Positions 44,747-53,725 of a stretch of DNA of 64,000 nucleotides are shown here, piece by piece (the first letter of the stretch is position 1; each line of letters starts with the position of its first letter). A program made the position numbers and the translations under genes. This DNA is from Acidobacteriota bacterium. GTDB taxonomy: Bacteria > Acidobacteriota > Vicinamibacteria > Vicinamibacterales > CAVVIG01. The notes beneath the pieces were generated by a model, which was not told where the DNA came from, made no database searches, and saw only the letters and a list, made by a program, of their open reading frames with translations. The stretch spans positions 66,357-130,356 of the forward strand of contig JAYTXA010000012.1 in NCBI GenBank assembly GCA_043743165.1, written 5' to 3'.

Positions 44747-44770
44747 GCCAATCTCGTAAATCATTGGCAG
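44745..44770. promoter_or_regulatory. perfect 8-bp inverted repeat (operator-like)
   Basis: CTGCCAAT-N10-ATTGGCAG, starting inside the TATACT box. Confidence 0.4.
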
Positions 44771-44801
44771 AGACGGTGTTATCTCCGTTTCGTCCCATTC
44801 A

Positions 44802-46130
44802 ATGTATCTCGCGTACAGCATCCTCTCGCTACTCGGCCTGCTGCTCGTCTCACCGTACTTCCTCTACCAGGCCGTCCGGTACAAGAAGTATGTCGGCAGT
44901 CTGTCCCAACGGCTGGGATATCTGCCGATTACGCTGAATGTCGACGGTGAGTCCTCCATCTGGATTCACGCCGTCTCGGTGGGCGAGGCGCTGACCGCGA
45001 AAGCGCTCATTGCCGACCTGCGTGCCCAGTACCCGCGGTTGCGGCTGTTCCTCTCGACCACCACGATTGCCGGCCAGCAGGTGGCGAAGAAGAACCTGCA
45101 GCAGGTGGACGGGGTCTTCTACTTCCCGTTCGACTGGGGCTTCACGGTGCGTCGCGTGCTGAACATCGTGAAGCCGCGGATGTTCGTGATGATGGAAACC
45201 GAGATCTGGCCCAACCTTCTCAAGGAGTGCCGCGCCAGAGGCATCAAGACGATGGTCATCAATGGGCGCATCTCGGCGCGCTCGTATCCGCGCTACCGGC
45301 TGGTGCGCCCGCTGTTCCGCAGGGTGCTCGCCGATATCGATCGCTTCTGCATGCAGAGCGACGAGTCGGCGCGCCGCATCATCGACCTCGGTGCCGACCC
45401 GGCGCGTGTCACGGTCACCGGCAGCCTGAAGTTCGACTCGCTCCAGGCGCCGGTCCCGGTCTCGCACGGGCGTCCGCGCGAACTGGTCCTTCGCCACTTC
45501 CGCCTCTCGCCGAGCCGCGTCGTGGTGGTTGCCGGCAGCACGATGCGACCCGAGGACACGGTGGTGCTGCGCGCCTTCGCCCGCGTCAAGTCGATCGCGC
45601 CCGGCGCACTGTTGATCATTGCGCCGCGGCAGCGCGAACGATTCGCCGAAGTGGAAAAGCTGGCCATCGCGGACGGCTTCTCGGTGTCGCGCCGGTCGAA
45701 CCTGGCGATCGATGACGAGCCGAGAACCGACGTCGTGGTCCTCGACACCTTCGGCGAACTCGCGCACGTCTACCAGTTGGCGACGGTGGTGTTCGTTGGC
45801 GGCAGCCTCGCCGACTACGGTGGGCACAACATCCTCGAGCCGGCGATCGTCGGCAAGCCGATCGTCGTTGGCCCGCACATGCACAACTTCCGCGAGATCA
45901 CGGACACCTTCCTGGCGAGCCGCGCCGTCGTCCAGGTCCGCACCGAGCGTGAGTTCGAGGAGGAGCTGCGCAACCTGGTGACCGATCCCGTCCGTCGTGC
46001 CAGCCTCGGCGCGGCGGCGCGTGCGCTGGTCGAGGCCAACCGCGGTGCGAAGGACAAGACCATGACGGTCGTGTCCGACCTGCTGCCCGCACCGGGCGGC
46101 GTTGTCCGGCCGTTCCGACTGGTTCAGTGA
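44802..46130 (+). CDS. waaA: 3-deoxy-D-manno-octulosonic acid (Kdo) transferase
   Basis: 442 aa with an N-terminal membrane helix. WIHAVSVGE and the C-terminal GGSL..GGHNILEPA motif. Confidence 0.88.
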   Translation: MYLAYSILSLLGLLLVSPYFLYQAVRYKKYVGSLSQRLGYLPITLNVDGESSIWIHAVSVGEALTAKALIADLRAQYPRLRLFLSTTTIAGQQVAKKNLQQVDGVFYFPFDWGFTVRRVLNIVKPRMFVMMETEIWPNLLKECRARGIKTMVINGRISARSYPRYRLVRPLFRRVLADIDRFCMQSDESARRIIDLGADPARVTVTGSLKFDSLQAPVPVSHGRPRELVLRHFRLSPSRVVVVAGSTMRPEDTVVLRAFARVKSIAPGALLIIAPRQRERFAEVEKLAIADGFSVSRRSNLAIDDEPRTDVVVLDTFGELAHVYQLATVVFVGGSLADYGGHNILEPAIVGKPIVVGPHMHNFREITDTFLASRAVVQVRTEREFEEELRNLVTDPVRRASLGAAARALVEANRGAKDKTMTVVSDLLPAPGGVVRPFRLVQ

Positions 46131-47140
46131 TCGTGGAGGCGCTCAGCGCGGTGTATGGCGCCGCCGCGACGTGGCGCCGGCGCTGGTATGCCGCCAGTGC
46201 CGCTCGCACCCGCCACCTCCGGCAACCGGTGGTCAGCATCGGCAACCTGCGCGTCGGTGGCACTGGCAAGACGCCGACGGTTGCGAGCCTGGCGCGCCTG
46301 CTCGTCGAACGCGGCGAGCGCCCGGTCATTCTCAGTCGAGGCTACGCCCGCCAACAGCCGAGTGCAGGCGTCACGGTGGTGTCCGACCGCGCACGCGTCC
46401 TCGCCGACGTGGCGCACGCCGGCGACGAGCCGCTCCTGCTCGCGCGAGCGTTGCCCGGCATACCGGTGCTGGTCTGCGCGGACCGCCACGCCGCCGGACT
46501 GATTGCCGAGGCGCAGCTCGCGGCGACGGTGCACCTGCTCGACGACGGGTTTCAGCATGTGAAGCTGGCGCGCGACATCGATCTCCTGCTGGCCGACGAA
46601 CACGATCTCGACGACCGTGTGTTGCCGGCCGGCCGCCTGCGCGAACCGCTTGCCAACGCGTCGGTCGCACACGCGCTGATCGTTCCCGGCGGCAACGCCG
46701 ACTCGGCGAGACACGTGGCGTCGCGACTCGGCATCGCCGACGCGTTCTGGACCGTGCGTGAACTCGGCACCATCACCATGCTATGTGCAGGCGACCGGGC
46801 GCTAGAACCTGGAGACGGCCTCTTCGCCGTGGCGGGCATCGAACGCCCCGAACGTTTCTTCGCCGACCTCCGTGCCGCCGGACATCGGCTGCTCGGCACC
46901 CGGGTGTTCCGCGATCATCACGTCTACACGACCGCTGATCTCGCCGCCATCGACGTGGCCGCCCGAGCCGCCGGCGCCGCTGCCGTCGTCACCACCGAAA
47001 AGGACGCCGTGCGGCTCGAAGAGCTCGCGCCGTCCGGGCTGCCCATCGCGTCGGTCGGACTGCACACGCGTATCGAGCCGGCCGAGTCCTTCGCCGCCTG
47101 GCTGCTGGCGCGGCTGGCACACGCGCGCGGAGCGCACTGA
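46127..47140 (+). CDS. lpxK: tetraacyldisaccharide 4'-kinase
   Basis: 337 aa with P-loop GNLRVGGTGKTP, SRGY and DDGFQH. GTGA overlap with waaA. Confidence 0.88.
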   Translation: MIVEALSAVYGAAATWRRRWYAASAARTRHLRQPVVSIGNLRVGGTGKTPTVASLARLLVERGERPVILSRGYARQQPSAGVTVVSDRARVLADVAHAGDEPLLLARALPGIPVLVCADRHAAGLIAEAQLAATVHLLDDGFQHVKLARDIDLLLADEHDLDDRVLPAGRLREPLANASVAHALIVPGGNADSARHVASRLGIADAFWTVRELGTITMLCAGDRALEPGDGLFAVAGIERPERFFADLRAAGHRLLGTRVFRDHHVYTTADLAAIDVAARAAGAAAVVTTEKDAVRLEELAPSGLPIASVGLHTRIEPAESFAAWLLARLAHARGAH

Positions 47141-47145
47141 CGCCC

Positions 47146-48099
47146 ATGCTCAGGCATCGTCTCGAATACGTCGGTGTGCGCGCGCTCATCGGCGCCGTAC
47201 GGGTCATGCCGTCCGCCGTGGTCGACGCCTGTGGTTCGGCGCTCGGACTGATGTTCTACACGCTCGACCGCTCGCACCGCCGCGTGGCCGAGCGCAACGT
47301 CGCCGCGGCGTTTCCGACCCGCACGCCGACAGAGCACACAGCGATCGTCCGTGGTGCCTTCTCACACTTCGGGCGGTTGCTGTTCGAACTGCTGAAGTTC
47401 AGTACGCTCACCACCGACCAAATGCTGGCGCGGGTCGAGTTCGAAGGCGAGGAACGGGTGCGGTCGGCCTACGCGCAGGGCAAGGGTGTCCTGTTCGTCA
47501 CCGGGCACTTCGGCTACTGGGAGTTGCAGGCGCTGGTGCACGGCCTGCGTTTGCCGCCGATGGCGGTGATGGCCCGCGCGCTCGACAACCCCGGCCTGCA
47601 CCGGCTGCTCGAGCAGATGCGCACGCGCACCGGCAACAGCGTCATCTATCGGCAGGGGACGATTCGGCGCGCGATGCGGGTGCTGCAGGACGGCCAGGGC
47701 GTCGGCATCCTCATCGACCAGCACATCTCGAGCCGCGACGCCATTCATGTCGACTTCTTCAACCGGCCGGCGGCAACCACCCCGATTGTCGCGGCGCTCG
47801 CCATGCGCACCGGGGCGCGCATCGTGCCGCTCTTCGCGCTGCCGCTCGGCGGCGGGCGCTACAAGATGATCTACGAGCACGCCATCGAGCCGCCGCCCGA
47901 GGGCACCGAGGATCCGATCCACGAGCTGACGCAGCGTTGTACCGACGTGCTCGAGATGTACGTCCGCAAGCATCCCGACCTGTGGCTGTGGATGCACCGG
48001 CGCTGGCGCGAGCCGGAGGGCCAGCCGACCGCGACGCTCGAACCCGAACGTTCGATGTTCCCAGCGGGCGCGCCTGAGGGAACCGACGACGTCGTCTGA
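47146..48099 (+). CDS. LpxL/HtrB-family lipid A late acyltransferase (LPLAT superfamily)
   Basis: 317 aa with the HFGYWE (Hx4E/D) catalytic motif and PDLWLWMHRRW near the C-terminus. Confidence 0.8.
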   Translation: MLRHRLEYVGVRALIGAVRVMPSAVVDACGSALGLMFYTLDRSHRRVAERNVAAAFPTRTPTEHTAIVRGAFSHFGRLLFELLKFSTLTTDQMLARVEFEGEERVRSAYAQGKGVLFVTGHFGYWELQALVHGLRLPPMAVMARALDNPGLHRLLEQMRTRTGNSVIYRQGTIRRAMRVLQDGQGVGILIDQHISSRDAIHVDFFNRPAATTPIVAALAMRTGARIVPLFALPLGGGRYKMIYEHAIEPPPEGTEDPIHELTQRCTDVLEMYVRKHPDLWLWMHRRWREPEGQPTATLEPERSMFPAGAPEGTDDVV

Positions 48100-48100
48100 C

Positions 48101-48177
48101 GTAGCCGCGGACCTTCAGTACGTAGCTGCGGACCTTCAGGTCCGCCAGACGGGGCCGACCTGAAGGTCGGCAGCTAC
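48101..48177. repeat. REP-like element cluster (one partial copy, one direct copy, one inverted copy)
   Basis: GTAGCCGCGGACCTTCAGTAC, then GTAGCTGCGGACCTTCAGGTCCGCC, then AGACGGG, then GCCGACCTGAAGGTCGGCAGCTAC. Starts 1 nt after a stop codon. Confidence 0.85.
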
Positions 48178-48194
48178 AGCAGGTTCGGCACGCA

Positions 48195-49841
48195 TCAGAC
48201 CTCGTAGCGCGCGGCGATTGGCATGCGCCAGCCGGTACCGAAGGCGCGGTCGGTCACCTTCAAGCCTGGCGCTGCCTGCTTGCGCTTGAACTCGGCGCCG
48301 CGCACCAGGCGCAGCACGCGGTGCACGGTCGTGGCGTCGAAGCCGGCCGCGATGATGGCGGCGGCGGGTTCGTGGTGTTCGACGTGCCGCTGCAGGATGT
48401 CGTCGAGGATGTCGTAGGGCGGCAGCGAATCCTGGTCGGTCTGGTCCGGCCGCAGTTCAGCCGACGGCGCCTTGGTGAGCACCGCCGTCGGGATGATCGC
48501 CCGCTGCTCGCGGTCGTTCAGCCAGTGCGCGACGCGGTACACCATGGTCTTGGGCACGTCGGCGATCACGCCAAGGCCGCCCGACATGTCGCCGTAGAGC
48601 GTGCAGTAGCCCACCGCCAGCTCCGACTTGTTCCCCGTGGTCAGCAGCAGCGCGCCGCGCTTGTTGGAGAGCGCCATCAGCAGGTTGCCGCGGATGCGTG
48701 CCTGGATGTTCTCCTCGGTCACGTCGCGCGCCGTTCCCGCGAACGTCGCCGCCAGCGTCTGCTCCATCGCGATCATCGCCGGTTCGATCGGCAGCGTCAG
48801 CGTCTCGATGCCGAGGTTGACCGCGAGTTCGAGCGAGTCGTCGATGCTGCCGCGACTCGAGAACCGCGACGGCATCAGCACGCCGAGTACGTGCTCGGGG
48901 CCGAGCGCGTCGGCGGCGATGGCCGCGGTGAGCGCGGAGTCGATACCGCCGGACAGGCCGAGCACCACCCGCGTGAAGCCGCACTTGCGCGCGTAGTCGC
49001 GCGTGCCCAGGACCAGCGCCCGCCACACTTCGGACTCGGCCACCAGATCGGTGGCGGCGCCAATCGCGACAGTGGACGACAGGTCGCACAGCACCACGTC
49101 GGCGTCGAACGACCGTCCGCGGGCAATGGCGGCGCCCGCGGCATTGAAGCCGCAGCTACGGCCGTCGAACACGAGGTCGTCGTTGCCGCCGTACTGGTTC
49201 ACGTAGACGAACGGCACGTCGTACTTCCGCGCCATGCTGCTCAACATCTCCTCGCGCCGCTTGTGCTTGCCGACGCTGAAGGGCGATGCCGAGAGGTTCA
49301 CGATGGCGGTGGCGCCGGCGCGCACCAGCTCCTCGACCGGGTCGTGGTGGTAGCGCCGGCGCTTCCAGAAGTCGCGGTCGTTCCAGATGTCCTCGCAGAT
49401 GCTGATGCCGAGCCGCGTACCGCCCACGTCAAGCACTTGCGCGCCCTGGAACGGTTCGAAGTAGCGATCCTCGTCGAAGACGTCGTAGGTGGGCAGCAGT
49501 GCCTTGCGGAAGCGCTGCTCGACGCGTCCACCCCGCAGCAGCGCGGCGCTGTTGTAGAGCGGGCGCCCGTCGTCGGACGGATTGGGTTCGGGCAACCCGA
49601 CCAGCACCGGCGGGCCGTCGGCGAGTTCGCGCGCCAGCGCCTCGAGCTGCACCCAGCCCTGGGCCACGAAAGTCGCCGACAGCAGCAGATCGCGGGGCAG
49701 GTAGCCGACCAGCGCGAGTTCGGGCGTCACCGCCAGGTCGGCCCCCGCCACGCGAGCCTCGATCGCGGCCGCGGCAATCAGCGCGGCGTTGCCGGCGATG
49801 TCGCCGACGGTCGGATTGATCTGCAGCAGGGCGATCTTCAC
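48195..49841 (-). CDS. nadE: glutamine-dependent NAD+ synthetase
   Basis: Trimmed to GTG 49841 (VKIALLQINPTVGD). N-terminal CN-hydrolase domain (ICEDIW) and a C-terminal synthetase with SGGIDS. Confidence 0.9.
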   Translation of the reverse strand: MKIALLQINPTVGDIAGNAALIAAAAIEARVAGADLAVTPELALVGYLPRDLLLSATFVAQGWVQLEALARELADGPPVLVGLPEPNPSDDGRPLYNSAALLRGGRVEQRFRKALLPTYDVFDEDRYFEPFQGAQVLDVGGTRLGISICEDIWNDRDFWKRRRYHHDPVEELVRAGATAIVNLSASPFSVGKHKRREEMLSSMARKYDVPFVYVNQYGGNDDLVFDGRSCGFNAAGAAIARGRSFDADVVLCDLSSTVAIGAATDLVAESEVWRALVLGTRDYARKCGFTRVVLGLSGGIDSALTAAIAADALGPEHVLGVLMPSRFSSRGSIDDSLELAVNLGIETLTLPIEPAMIAMEQTLAATFAGTARDVTEENIQARIRGNLLMALSNKRGALLLTTGNKSELAVGYCTLYGDMSGGLGVIADVPKTMVYRVAHWLNDREQRAIIPTAVLTKAPSAELRPDQTDQDSLPPYDILDDILQRHVEHHEPAAAIIAAGFDATTVHRVLRLVRGAEFKRKQAAPGLKVTDRAFGTGWRMPIAARYEV

Positions 49842-49857
49842 GGGCGTCCGGGTGCGG

Positions 49858-50571
49858 CTATTCGGTGAAGCGGTACTTGACCAGCACCCAGAGCGCCTCG
49901 ATCCCGGCGTGCCAGGTGATCTTCTTCCCTTCATCGTAGCCACGGCCGGCGTAGGTGATCGGGATTTCGTACACGCGGTAGCCGCGCTTGAAGATCTTGG
50001 CGGTGATCTCGGGCTCGATGCCGAAGCCGTTGGAGTCGAGCGTGAACGAGCGCAGCACATCCGTTCGCATCACCTTGTAGCAGGTCTCCATATCGTTCAG
50101 CGTCGTGTTGTAGAGGATGTTCGTGGCCAGCGTCACCACCATGTTGCCGAGGTAGTGCGTGAACATGAACACACGGTGCCGGCCGAGGAAGCGCGAGCCG
50201 TACACGACGTCGGCCTGTCCCTTGACGATCAGCTCGATGAGCTCGGGATATTCCTCGGGCGCGTACTCGAGGTCGGCATCCTGGATGATGACCATGTCGC
50301 CGGTGACCGCCGCAAACCCCTTGCGGAGCGCCGCGCCCTTGCCGGCATTGGCCTGGCGCAACAGCGTGAAACCGAGTTCGGGCTGCAAACGCTCGAGAAT
50401 GTCACCCGACCCATCCTTCGACCCATCGTCGACGACAATGAGTTGGATGCGCATCGGCACGGCGAGCACACGCCTGATGATCTCCTCGACCGTGGTACGC
50501 TCGTTGTACACGGGCATGACGACGGAGAGGACGGGATCCGAGGGAATCGGGGCTGGGCGCGGTGTGCTCAT
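49858..50571 (-). CDS. family 2 glycosyltransferase (polyprenol-phosphate sugar transferase-like)
   Basis: 237 aa with VVMPVYNE, VVDDGSKDGS and IQDADLEY (DxD). Confidence 0.85.
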   Translation of the reverse strand: MSTPRPAPIPSDPVLSVVMPVYNERTTVEEIIRRVLAVPMRIQLIVVDDGSKDGSGDILERLQPELGFTLLRQANAGKGAALRKGFAAVTGDMVIIQDADLEYAPEEYPELIELIVKGQADVVYGSRFLGRHRVFMFTHYLGNMVVTLATNILYNTTLNDMETCYKVMRTDVLRSFTLDSNGFGIEPEITAKIFKRGYRVYEIPITYAGRGYDEGKKITWHAGIEALWVLVKYRFTE

Positions 50572-50613
50572 CGACGCCCGAATCGTACCCGATCAGGTGG
50601 GCCGGAGTCAGGC

Positions 50614-51600
50614 ATGAGGCGGCGCCTCCTGATTTTCGCGCCGAACTGGCTTGGCGATGCGGTGATGGCGCTGCCGGCAGTAGCCGACGTGCGGTGCGGA
50701 CTGCCCGATGCCGTCATCGACATCGCCGCGCGCCCAACCATTGCGCCGCTCCTGCCCTTGGTCCCCGGCATCGGCCAGGCGGTGGTGTTCGGGACTGTGT
50801 CCGACAGCCTGGCCAGCATCCGCTCGGGCAACTACGACACGATTCTGCTGCTTACCAACTCCTTCAACACCGCGTGGCTGGCGCGGCGTTCGGGCGTCGG
50901 CGAGCGCTGGGGCTACCGGAACGAGTTCCGCTCGCTGCTGCTCACGCGGGCGGTGATGCCGCCCACCCGTGTGCATCAGGCGGCCTATTACCAGCACCTC
51001 ACTACCACGCTCGGTTTCGCACCCGGTCCGCTCGTGCCGACGCTCGACGTGCCGGGCGATCTGCGCGTAAACGGCGAGCAGCGCCTGGTGGACCAGCAGT
51101 GGGACGGCCATACGCCGCTGGTGGCCGTCGCGCCAGGCGCCGCCTTCGGGGGCGCCAAGCGCTGGCCGGCGGCGCACCTGGCGGCGACGGTCGACGCACT
51201 CGCCCGCGACGGTGTTCGCGCCGTGCTCATCGGTGCAGCGGCCGACGCGAAGGCTGGCGCCGAGGTGCTGGCGCTGGTGCACACGTCGCTGCGCCCCATC
51301 GACCTCATCGGCCGCACCGATCTGTCCACGCTCGCCGCAGTGCTGGTGCACTGTCACGGGCTCGTCAGCAACGACTCGGGCGCCATGCACTTCGCGGCGG
51401 CGCTCGGCATACCCGTGACGGCAGTGTTTGGCCCGACCCGCGAACACGAGACGCGTCCGCTCGGCACCGGGCGCGTCGCTGTTGTCCATACGAACGTCTG
51501 GTGCCGCCCCTGCATGTTGCGTGAGTGTCCACTCACGCACCGCTGCATGACGGGCGTGACGCCGGATGCTGTGCTGCGTGAAGTGAGGGCTGGCCTGTGA
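50614..51600 (+). CDS. GT9 ADP-heptose:LPS heptosyltransferase, WaaF-like
   Basis: The 603-aa track ORF was trimmed to ATG 50614 (MRRRLLIFAPNWLGDAVMALPA). C-terminal NDSGAMHFAAALG. Confidence 0.8.
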   Translation: MRRRLLIFAPNWLGDAVMALPAVADVRCGLPDAVIDIAARPTIAPLLPLVPGIGQAVVFGTVSDSLASIRSGNYDTILLLTNSFNTAWLARRSGVGERWGYRNEFRSLLLTRAVMPPTRVHQAAYYQHLTTTLGFAPGPLVPTLDVPGDLRVNGEQRLVDQQWDGHTPLVAVAPGAAFGGAKRWPAAHLAATVDALARDGVRAVLIGAAADAKAGAEVLALVHTSLRPIDLIGRTDLSTLAAVLVHCHGLVSNDSGAMHFAAALGIPVTAVFGPTREHETRPLGTGRVAVVHTNVWCRPCMLRECPLTHRCMTGVTPDAVLREVRAGL

Positions 51601-52163
51601 GCGCTGCAGTATTCCTTGATCGTGACGGCACCCTGATCGAAGAGGTCGGCTACCTCGATCGTCCCGAGCGGGTGGTGCTCTACCCGTTTGCCGTCGATGC
51701 CCTGCGTGCGCTGAACCGGGCCGGCATCCTCACCGTCATGGTGACCAACCAGTCGGGTGTGGCGCGCGGCTTCTTCGACGAGGGCATGGTCGTTCGGTGC
51801 CACCGGCACATTGCCGATCTGCTCGCGCGGGGCGGAGCGCACATCGACGCGTATTACCATTGCCCGCACCACCCCGACGGCCGGGTGCCCGAGTACGCCG
51901 TCCAGTGCGACTGCCGCAAGCCGGGGCGGGCGCTGGTGGACAAGGCCGTTCGCGAGCTGGGCGTCGACCCGGCGCGGTCCTTCACGGTGGGCGACCGCTG
52001 GGTGGACATCGGCCTGGCGCGCGCCGTCAACGCGCGCGGCGTGCTGGTGCGCACTGGCTACGGCGCCATTGCGGCACTGAAGCCGCCGGCTGGTATGCAC
52101 GCCGATGCGGTGGTGGACAACCTGGTCGCGGCTGCGAGCTGGATTCTCGCCAATCACCGCTAG
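51597..52163 (+). CDS. gmhB: D-glycero-D-manno-heptose 1,7-bisphosphate phosphatase (HAD-IIIA)
   Basis: 188 aa with FLDRDGT and the Zn-finger-like CPHHP..C.CRKP. GTGA overlap with the upstream gene. Confidence 0.85.
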   Translation: MSAAVFLDRDGTLIEEVGYLDRPERVVLYPFAVDALRALNRAGILTVMVTNQSGVARGFFDEGMVVRCHRHIADLLARGGAHIDAYYHCPHHPDGRVPEYAVQCDCRKPGRALVDKAVRELGVDPARSFTVGDRWVDIGLARAVNARGVLVRTGYGAIAALKPPAGMHADAVVDNLVAAASWILANHR

Positions 52164-52185
52164 ACCGACGACGGACTTCGAAGCT

Positions 52186-53205
52186 ATGGCCAACGCAGAA
52201 CGCGCGCGGCTCGCCGCGATCATCAACGTCTTTCCCTCGCGGCGCGTGCTCGTCGTCGGCGACCTGATCGCCGACGAGTTCATCTACGGCGAGGTGTCGC
52301 GTGTCTCGCGCGAGGCGCCGGTCCTCATCCTGAAGTACGACGCGACCGAGGTTGTGCCGGGCGGCGCCGGCAACGCCGCGAACAACGTGGCGGCGCTCGG
52401 CGCTCGCGCACTGCTCGCCGGCCTCGTCGGCACCGACGACCAGGGCAAGCGCCTGCTCGCGTCGTTCGGCAAGGGGGTCGACACGCGCCAGGTGGTGCGG
52501 GCCAGGCACTACCGCACGCCGGTGAAGACCCGCATTCTTGCCGGCGGCATCCACTCGGCCAAGCAGCAGGTGGTGCGCATCGACCGCGATACCGGCTGGC
52601 CGCTGTCGGAGGACGTCAGCGCCGCCTTCGCCGAGCAACTCGCGCCTGCGCTCGCCGAGTGCGACGCGGTGCTGCTGTCCGACTACGGCTCGGGGCTCGT
52701 CACCCCCGACCTGGCGCTGGCGATTCGCCGCGCCCTCGAGGCACGCACCCCGCGCCGCAGTGTCCCGATCGTGGTGGACAGCCGCTATCGCCTGCTCGAT
52801 TTCAAGGGACTGACCGCCTGCACGCCGAACGAGTCGGAAGTGGAGCAGGCGCTCGACGTCGAGATCGACGACGACCTCGATGTGCTCGAGACCGCTGGCC
52901 GCACGCTGCTGCGCCGCACCGGCATGCAGGCCGTGCTCGTCACGCGCGGCGGGCGCGGCATGGCGCTGTTCCAGCCGAAGCAGCCAACGGTGCACATTCC
53001 CATCCACGGCTCGGATGAAGTGGCCGACGTCACCGGCGCCGGCGATACCGTCATTGCCACCCTGACCAGCGCGCTCGCGGCCGGCGGCTCGTTCGAACAG
53101 GCAGCGCTCCTGGCCAACTACGCCGGCGGCCTGGTGGTGATGAAGCGCGGGACCGCAACCGTGTCATCCACGGAACTGATCGCTGCCGTCGAGGCGGGGG
53201 CGTAG
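52186..53205 (+). CDS. hldA: D-glycero-D-manno-heptose 7-phosphate kinase (PfkB family, RfaE domain I type)
   Basis: Trimmed to ATG 52186. VLVVGDLIADEF, GGAGNAANN and DVTGAGDTV motifs. Confidence 0.8.
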   Translation: MANAERARLAAIINVFPSRRVLVVGDLIADEFIYGEVSRVSREAPVLILKYDATEVVPGGAGNAANNVAALGARALLAGLVGTDDQGKRLLASFGKGVDTRQVVRARHYRTPVKTRILAGGIHSAKQQVVRIDRDTGWPLSEDVSAAFAEQLAPALAECDAVLLSDYGSGLVTPDLALAIRRALEARTPRRSVPIVVDSRYRLLDFKGLTACTPNESEVEQALDVEIDDDLDVLETAGRTLLRRTGMQAVLVTRGGRGMALFQPKQPTVHIPIHGSDEVADVTGAGDTVIATLTSALAAGGSFEQAALLANYAGGLVVMKRGTATVSSTELIAAVEAGA

Positions 53206-53211
53206 GGCGCG

Positions 53212-53688
53212 ATGGGCAGGGTGTTGACGGAAGCGGTACTGGCAGCGTCGGTGGCGGACGACCGTGCTGCGGGGCGGACGGTCGCGTTCGCCAACGGCTG
53301 TTTCGATCTCCTGCACGTCGGACATGTACGCTACCTGCAGGGCGCGGCCGCCGAGGCCGACCGCCTGATTGTGGCGGTGAACACCGATGCCTCGGTTCGC
53401 GGGCTGAAGGGGCCCGACCGGCCGGTGCAGCCGGAACAGGACCGGGCGGAACTGGTGGCGGCGCTGCGCGGCGTCAGCTACGTGGTGCTGTTCAGCGATC
53501 CCACCGTCGAGCGGCTGCTGTTGCTGCTGAAGCCCGACGTGCACTGCAAGGGGACCGACTACACCGTCGACACCGTGCCCGAGCGCGGCGTGGTGCTCTC
53601 CTACGGCGGCCGCACCGCCATCGTCGGCGACCCGAAGAACCACGACACCCGCGCGCTCATCGCGAAGATCGCCGGCACCGAGCCGTGA
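53212..53688 (+). CDS. hldC: D-glycero-D-manno-heptose 1-phosphate adenylyltransferase (RfaE domain II type)
   Basis: 158 aa with the cytidylyltransferase motif FANGCFDLLHVGHVRYL. Confidence 0.85.
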   Translation: MGRVLTEAVLAASVADDRAAGRTVAFANGCFDLLHVGHVRYLQGAAAEADRLIVAVNTDASVRGLKGPDRPVQPEQDRAELVAALRGVSYVVLFSDPTVERLLLLLKPDVHCKGTDYTVDTVPERGVVLSYGGRTAIVGDPKNHDTRALIAKIAGTEP

Positions 53689-53725
53689 CGCGCGCCGGAA
53701 CAGCCGTCTCCGCCGGCAACCACCT

